Origin: Fidelibacterota bacterium
Lineage (GTDB): Bacteria > Fidelibacterota > Marinisomatia > Marinisomatales > Marinisomataceae
Length of the DNA stretch: 10,872 nt
NCBI GenBank assembly: GCA_018672235.1
Contig: JABHGE010000038.1
Span: 1 to 10,872, forward strand
Direction of reading: 5' to 3'
A program made the translations under genes and the position numbers. Within the stretch, counting starts at the first letter, position 1; each line of letters starts with the position of its first letter. Positions 7,825 through 10,872 of this stretch are shown here, one piece after another. A model generated the notes under the pieces. That model did no database searches and was not told the DNA's origin. It saw only the letters and a program-made list of their open reading frames with translations.

Positions 7825-8169
7825 TTATTTTTCTTTGTTTTGCTGGCTTGCTACTTTATAATAACTAAGATATCCTATCCCGACAGCAAGTGGTACTGAT
7901 GCTAACACTCCAGCTGCTTGGACATCGCCGTCAATAATAAAAGCTACTCCAACAAACAATCCAATTAATGCCCATATGATGCCTTTGCGAAAATAAGATA
8001 ATGGGGATTTTTCTTGGGCTAAGGGAACATCCACACCTTTTTCAAGAGCCATCATAATCTCTTTATTCAATAATTCCCTACTACGCATTTTTTCTTCTGT
8101 GCCAAGCTTCACGAATCCATAAATCATAACAAAAGACCCTAATGGAATAATAAAAGCCCAATCAAACAT
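7825..8169 (-). CDS. DUF6249-like membrane protein
   Basis: 114 aa: N-terminal TM, a charged linker with EIMMALEKGVDVP, then a two-TM hairpin (RKGIIWALIG... VPLAVGIGYLSYY), matching the DUF6249 pattern as I recall it. ATG overlaps the upstream stop (TAATG) and is preceded by GGAGG. Confidence 0.75.
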   Translation of the reverse strand: MFDWAFIIPLGSFVMIYGFVKLGTEEKMRSRELLNKEIMMALEKGVDVPLAQEKSPLSYFRKGIIWALIGLFVGVAFIIDGDVQAAGVLASVPLAVGIGYLSYYKVASQQNKEK

Positions 8170-8492
8170 TATTCGCCTCCATTATTAATAGATACCACAT
8201 CTTCACCATTAATATTCATTCGAATTTTTGCTTTAATCTGATCGCCATCATCAAAATTTTCAAATTCATTAATTTCAATCTCAAAAATCTTATCTCCACT
8301 CAAAATTATCTCTTTCTGAGCTTTGAATTCATCTTCCGTAATAATATTTCCATCTAACGCAGCTTGAATATCTAATAATTCTTGGCCAGTACTAATAGTT
8401 TTATTAATATGCAGTTCTGCATGTGGCTCATTAAATGATCCGCATCCAGTGATAAAAAGTAGTAACATTATCATAAGTATTGTTTGTTTCAC
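8169..8492 (-). CDS. SHOCT-domain lipoprotein
   Basis: GTG start with AGAAGGAG SD. Signal peptide II with lipobox ITG-C17 (Cys codon 8444-8442). SHOCT-like helix pair STGQELLDIQAALDGNIITEDEFKAQKEIIL (~8298-8393) and an acidic C-terminal tail. Confidence 0.75.
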   Translation of the reverse strand: MKQTILMIMLLLFITGCGSFNEPHAELHINKTISTGQELLDIQAALDGNIITEDEFKAQKEIILSGDKIFEIEINEFENFDDGDQIKAKIRMNINGEDVVSINNGGE

Positions 8493-8523
8493 AGCATTTC
8501 TCCTTCTTTGTTCGTTAATGATT

Positions 8524-8576
8524 TAGACTTGCTTAATTTAAAGAAGTTGCAACTTTTTCAATAAAACTGAGGTCTA
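8524..8576. promoter_or_regulatory. Pair of back-to-back ECF sigma promoters sharing a palindromic -35 element
   Basis: Perfect palindrome AAGTTGCAACTT at 8544-8555. Plus strand: TGCAAC(8548-8553)-N18-GTCTA(8572-8576). Minus strand: TGCAAC(8551-8546)-N17-GTCTA(8528-8524). AAC in -35 and GTC/TCT in -10 are typical of ECF promoters. Confidence 0.75.
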
Positions 8577-8585
8577 TAAGATAAA

Positions 8586-9065
8586 TTGGATTACACAACA
8601 AGACATCAAATATTTATGCAAGCAATAAATACATATGGATCAAAACTGTACAATATCTCACTGTTTGTACTAAGAAATGAGACGTTAGCAGAAGATTCTA
8701 CCCAAGAATCTTTTCAAAAAATTTGGAAAAGCTTGGATAAGTTTTCATTTAAATCTTCCTTATATACATGGATGTATCGTATTACATATAACACAGCACT
8801 AACGACATACAACAAAGAAAAAAGGCATCGAAGTGAAGAAATAACCATTGAAAAAGGGGCTTCTATTGATATAGTAAATAACTTATCATTAAAAGAAGCA
8901 ATTACTAAGCTTCCCTTGAATCAACGTCAGACTATTATCATGTTTTATTTTCTTGATTATAGCATTAAAGATATCGCATTGGAATTATCTATCAATGAAA
9001 ACACTATAAAATCATGGTTAAGGCGAGCAAAAACAAATCTAAAGGATCAACTCAATGCAAAATAA
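8586..9065 (+). CDS. RNA polymerase ECF-family sigma factor (sigma-70 group 4)
   Basis: 159 aa. Region 2: AEDSTQESFQKIWKSLDKFSFKSSLYTWMYRITYN. Region 4.2 HTH: LPLNQRQTIIMFYFLDYSIKDIALELSINENTIKSWLRRAK. TTG start without SD; the start position is uncertain (an in-frame ATG lies 10 codons downstream). Confidence 0.92.
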   Translation: MDYTTRHQIFMQAINTYGSKLYNISLFVLRNETLAEDSTQESFQKIWKSLDKFSFKSSLYTWMYRITYNTALTTYNKEKRHRSEEITIEKGASIDIVNNLSLKEAITKLPLNQRQTIIMFYFLDYSIKDIALELSINENTIKSWLRRAKTNLKDQLNAK

Positions 9066-9345
9066 AAATTATCCACAAATGTTTGATGAACAAATTGCTA
9101 ATCCAGAATTTTTAGACTCATTACATTCTATTGCGAAAGAACCATTATCACATAAAATATCATCAGGTATAGAGCCATTAAGACTCTTGACCGGAGCTGT
9201 TATTTTGTTGTTTTATGGAAATAACGTAATGGAAGCATTATTCAAAATATATTTTTATTATGCGGAACAAATAAATATAAAAATAGTTAATATTCAAATA
9301 GCCAGTTCTTATGCAAAAGATATAGCAAATTATTTATTAAAATAA
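9055..9345 (+). CDS. Putative membrane-anchored anti-sigma factor
   Basis: 96 aa, overlapping the sigma 3' end by 11 nt. Hydrophilic N-terminal ~40 aa followed by a hydrophobic segment (LLTGAVILLFYG). Function is inferred from position and topology only. Confidence 0.55.
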   Translation: MQNKNYPQMFDEQIANPEFLDSLHSIAKEPLSHKISSGIEPLRLLTGAVILLFYGNNVMEALFKIYFYYAEQINIKIVNIQIASSYAKDIANYLLK

Positions 9346-9359
9346 AAAAGAAGGGTACC

Positions 9360-9830
9360 ATGACAACAAAAGAAAAACTACAATTTGGATTACAAGTTTT
9401 TACAATACTAATCTTTGCAACTTTAGCTAATAAAGCAATTGAGAACAAAGGTTCTCATGGCCCAATGAGTAGCTTTCATCCTATGAAAGGTGAAAATATG
9501 TTTATTATGGACATGGACAATATGGACGGTTTTGATTTAGAAAATATCGGAGATATTGATATAAAAGATGTAAAAATTGAAAAAGAGATCATTAATGGCG
9601 AAGAAATAATGAAAGTAATTGTCAATGGAGAAGAGTTATCACTTTCAAATAATGTTAAAGTGAAATCATTCATGATTGAAGATGGATCATGGTCACCTAA
9701 AAAAGGTAAAAAAACCATGATGAAGAAAAAAATCATGCACCACAAATCAACGTCTCATCATGATTCTGAAACATGCGAAACATGCGAAGAAAAAGATATG
9801 ATTTGCGAAGATTGTAAAGATAAAAAATAG
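9360..9830 (+). CDS. Exported/membrane-anchored Met/His/Cys-rich hypothetical protein, possible metal-binding protein
   Basis: 156 aa. N-terminal hydrophobic segment; 13 Met, 6 His; C-terminal HH..HH..CxxC-x6-CxxC. AGAAGGG SD-like sequence upstream. Confidence 0.7.
   Translation: MTTKEKLQFGLQVFTILIFATLANKAIENKGSHGPMSSFHPMKGENMFIMDMDNMDGFDLENIGDIDIKDVKIEKEIINGEEIMKVIVNGEELSLSNNVKVKSFMIEDGSWSPKKGKKTMMKKKIMHHKSTSHHDSETCETCEEKDMICEDCKDKK
9768..9788 (+). repeat. Short in-frame tandem repeat (GAAACATGC)x2+GAA encoding ETC-ETC-E
   Basis: Exact 9-nt duplication that builds the first CxxC motif of the 9360-9830 protein. Confidence 0.7.
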
Positions 9831-9843
9831 TTCACTATTCTAA

Positions 9844-10251
9844 ATGGTTTTACAATTTGATAAACTAAAACATATTTTCAGTTTTAAGGATATAGCTGTT
9901 GTTGGTATGAGTCCAAAACATGATCGTCCTAGCAATAAAGTAGGTCAATATTTACACGATATGGGATTTAATGTCGTAGCTGTTAATCCTACAGTAGATA
10001 AAATTGGTTCTATCATTTCATATCCTTCCCTATCAGATATTCCTCATTCAATAGATATTATTGATGTATTTAGAAAACCAGAATTTGTTCCATCAATTAC
10101 CAAAAATGCAATTGCAATTGAAGCAAAAGTACTATGGTTGCAAGAAAATATTATTGATAATGAATCTGCAGGATTAGCTTCAGGCCATGGAATAGCAGTT
10201 GTTATGGACTATTGCATATTAAAAGAGCATAAAAAATTTAAGTTAGCGTAA
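9844..10251 (+). CDS. CoA-binding protein (YccU-like, CoA_binding_2 family)
   Basis: 135 aa; [47 protein letters not shown] and VVMDYCI are hallmark segments of this family. Confidence 0.9.
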   Translation: MVLQFDKLKHIFSFKDIAVVGMSPKHDRPSNKVGQYLHDMGFNVVAVNPTVDKIGSIISYPSLSDIPHSIDIIDVFRKPEFVPSITKNAIAIEAKVLWLQENIIDNESAGLASGHGIAVVMDYCILKEHKKFKLA

Positions 10252-10872
10252 TAAACTCTCAATCACGCTTGGATCTGCTAGAGTAGAAATATCTCCTAGA
10301 TCATCTGTTTCATTTTGAGCAATTTTTTTCAAAATTCTTCTCATAATCTTGCCAGATCGTGTTTTAGGTAATCCTTCACAAAATTGAATAACGCTTGGCT
10401 TTGCATGAGGACCAATAATCTTTGTAACTGTAGCTAGAATATCTGTTTTAATATCATCGGATGGTTCAACACCAGTCATCAATGTAACAAAGGCATAAAT
10501 ACCTTCTCCTTTAATATCATGATTATATCCAATCACAGCAGCTTCTGCTACTCCCGTTGCAGCACCAATGGCTCCTTCGACTTCAGCGGTACCAATACGA
10601 TGCCCTGACACATTTAAAACATCATCTACTCTTCCTGTAATCCAATAATATCCATCTTCATCAATGAAAGCTCCATCCCCAGTAAAATAATTTCCAGGGG
10701 CTTGAGAAAAATAAGTATCTTTAAAACGCTGGTGATCTCCATAGACAGTTCGCATCTGGCCTGGCCATGATTGTGTTATCACTAAATATCCCGTTGTATT
10801 GGGTTCGGTAATTTTATTTCCATTTTCATCTAATAAGGCAGGTTCGATTCCAGGTAATGGTAATGTAGCTGA
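10243..10872 (-). CDS. acs: Acetyl-CoA synthetase (acetate--CoA ligase), C-terminal 210 codons; starts beyond the right window edge
   Basis: The frame stays open to 10872 ([18 protein letters not shown]...[22 protein letters not shown]). Motifs [41 protein letters not shown] and [10 protein letters not shown]. Confidence 0.95.
   Translation of the reverse strand, partial: SATLPLPGIEPALLDENGNKITEPNTTGYLVITQSWPGQMRTVYGDHQRFKDTYFSQAPGNYFTGDGAFIDEDGYYWITGRVDDVLNVSGHRIGTAEVEGAIGAATGVAEAAVIGYNHDIKGEGIYAFVTLMTGVEPSDDIKTDILATVTKIIGPHAKPSVIQFCEGLPKTRSGKIMRRILKKIAQNETDDLGDISTLADPSVIESLLR

Noticed and set aside
9476..9745. 89-aa minus-strand hydrophobic ORF
   Set aside because: Its Phe/Ile/Ser richness is the mirror of the Lys/Glu/Asp-rich plus-strand gene, which has an SD and fits the operon.
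10841..10851. GGTTCGATTCC, resembling a tRNA T-loop
   Set aside because: No full T-stem or cloverleaf; it is the antisense of acs codons (GIEP).
1..10872. CRISPR array, IS/integrase, rRNA/tRNA, riboswitch
   Set aside because: No regularly spaced repeats, transposase/integrase motifs or structured RNA-sized intergenic gaps; the longest spacers (160 and 93 nt) are explained by promoters.

Overview
AT-rich (roughly one-third GC by eye), gene-dense bacterial chromosomal window with very short intergenic spacers. I found no RNA genes, CRISPR arrays or mobile elements. Four blocks. (1) Minus-strand operon 4694->1: a 1111-aa, internally duplicated CPBP/Abi-family intramembrane metalloprotease, a small 3-TM protein, an NADP(H)-type SDR and a PlsC-family acyltransferase (truncated by the window and missing from the ORF track). 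(2) Divergent plus-strand lipid/acyl-CoA operon 4855-7768: LCAD-type acyl-CoA dehydrogenase, NAD(H)-type SDR and DUF1295 membrane protein, ending at a bidirectional terminator. (3) A compact ECF sigma-factor module 7825-9830: DUF6249-like protein and SHOCT lipoprotein leftward; ECF sigma, putative anti-sigma and a Met/His/Cys-rich exported protein rightward. The two arms appear to be driven by back-to-back ECF-type promoters (TGCAAC-N17/18-GTCTA on both strands) that share one palindromic -35 element, AAGTTGCAACTT. (4) A CoA-binding protein convergent on the 3' end of acetyl-CoA synthetase (acs). The most interesting items are the bidirectional ECF module and the duplicated 'active + dead' CPBP protease. 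All family calls come from motif recognition, not database searches.
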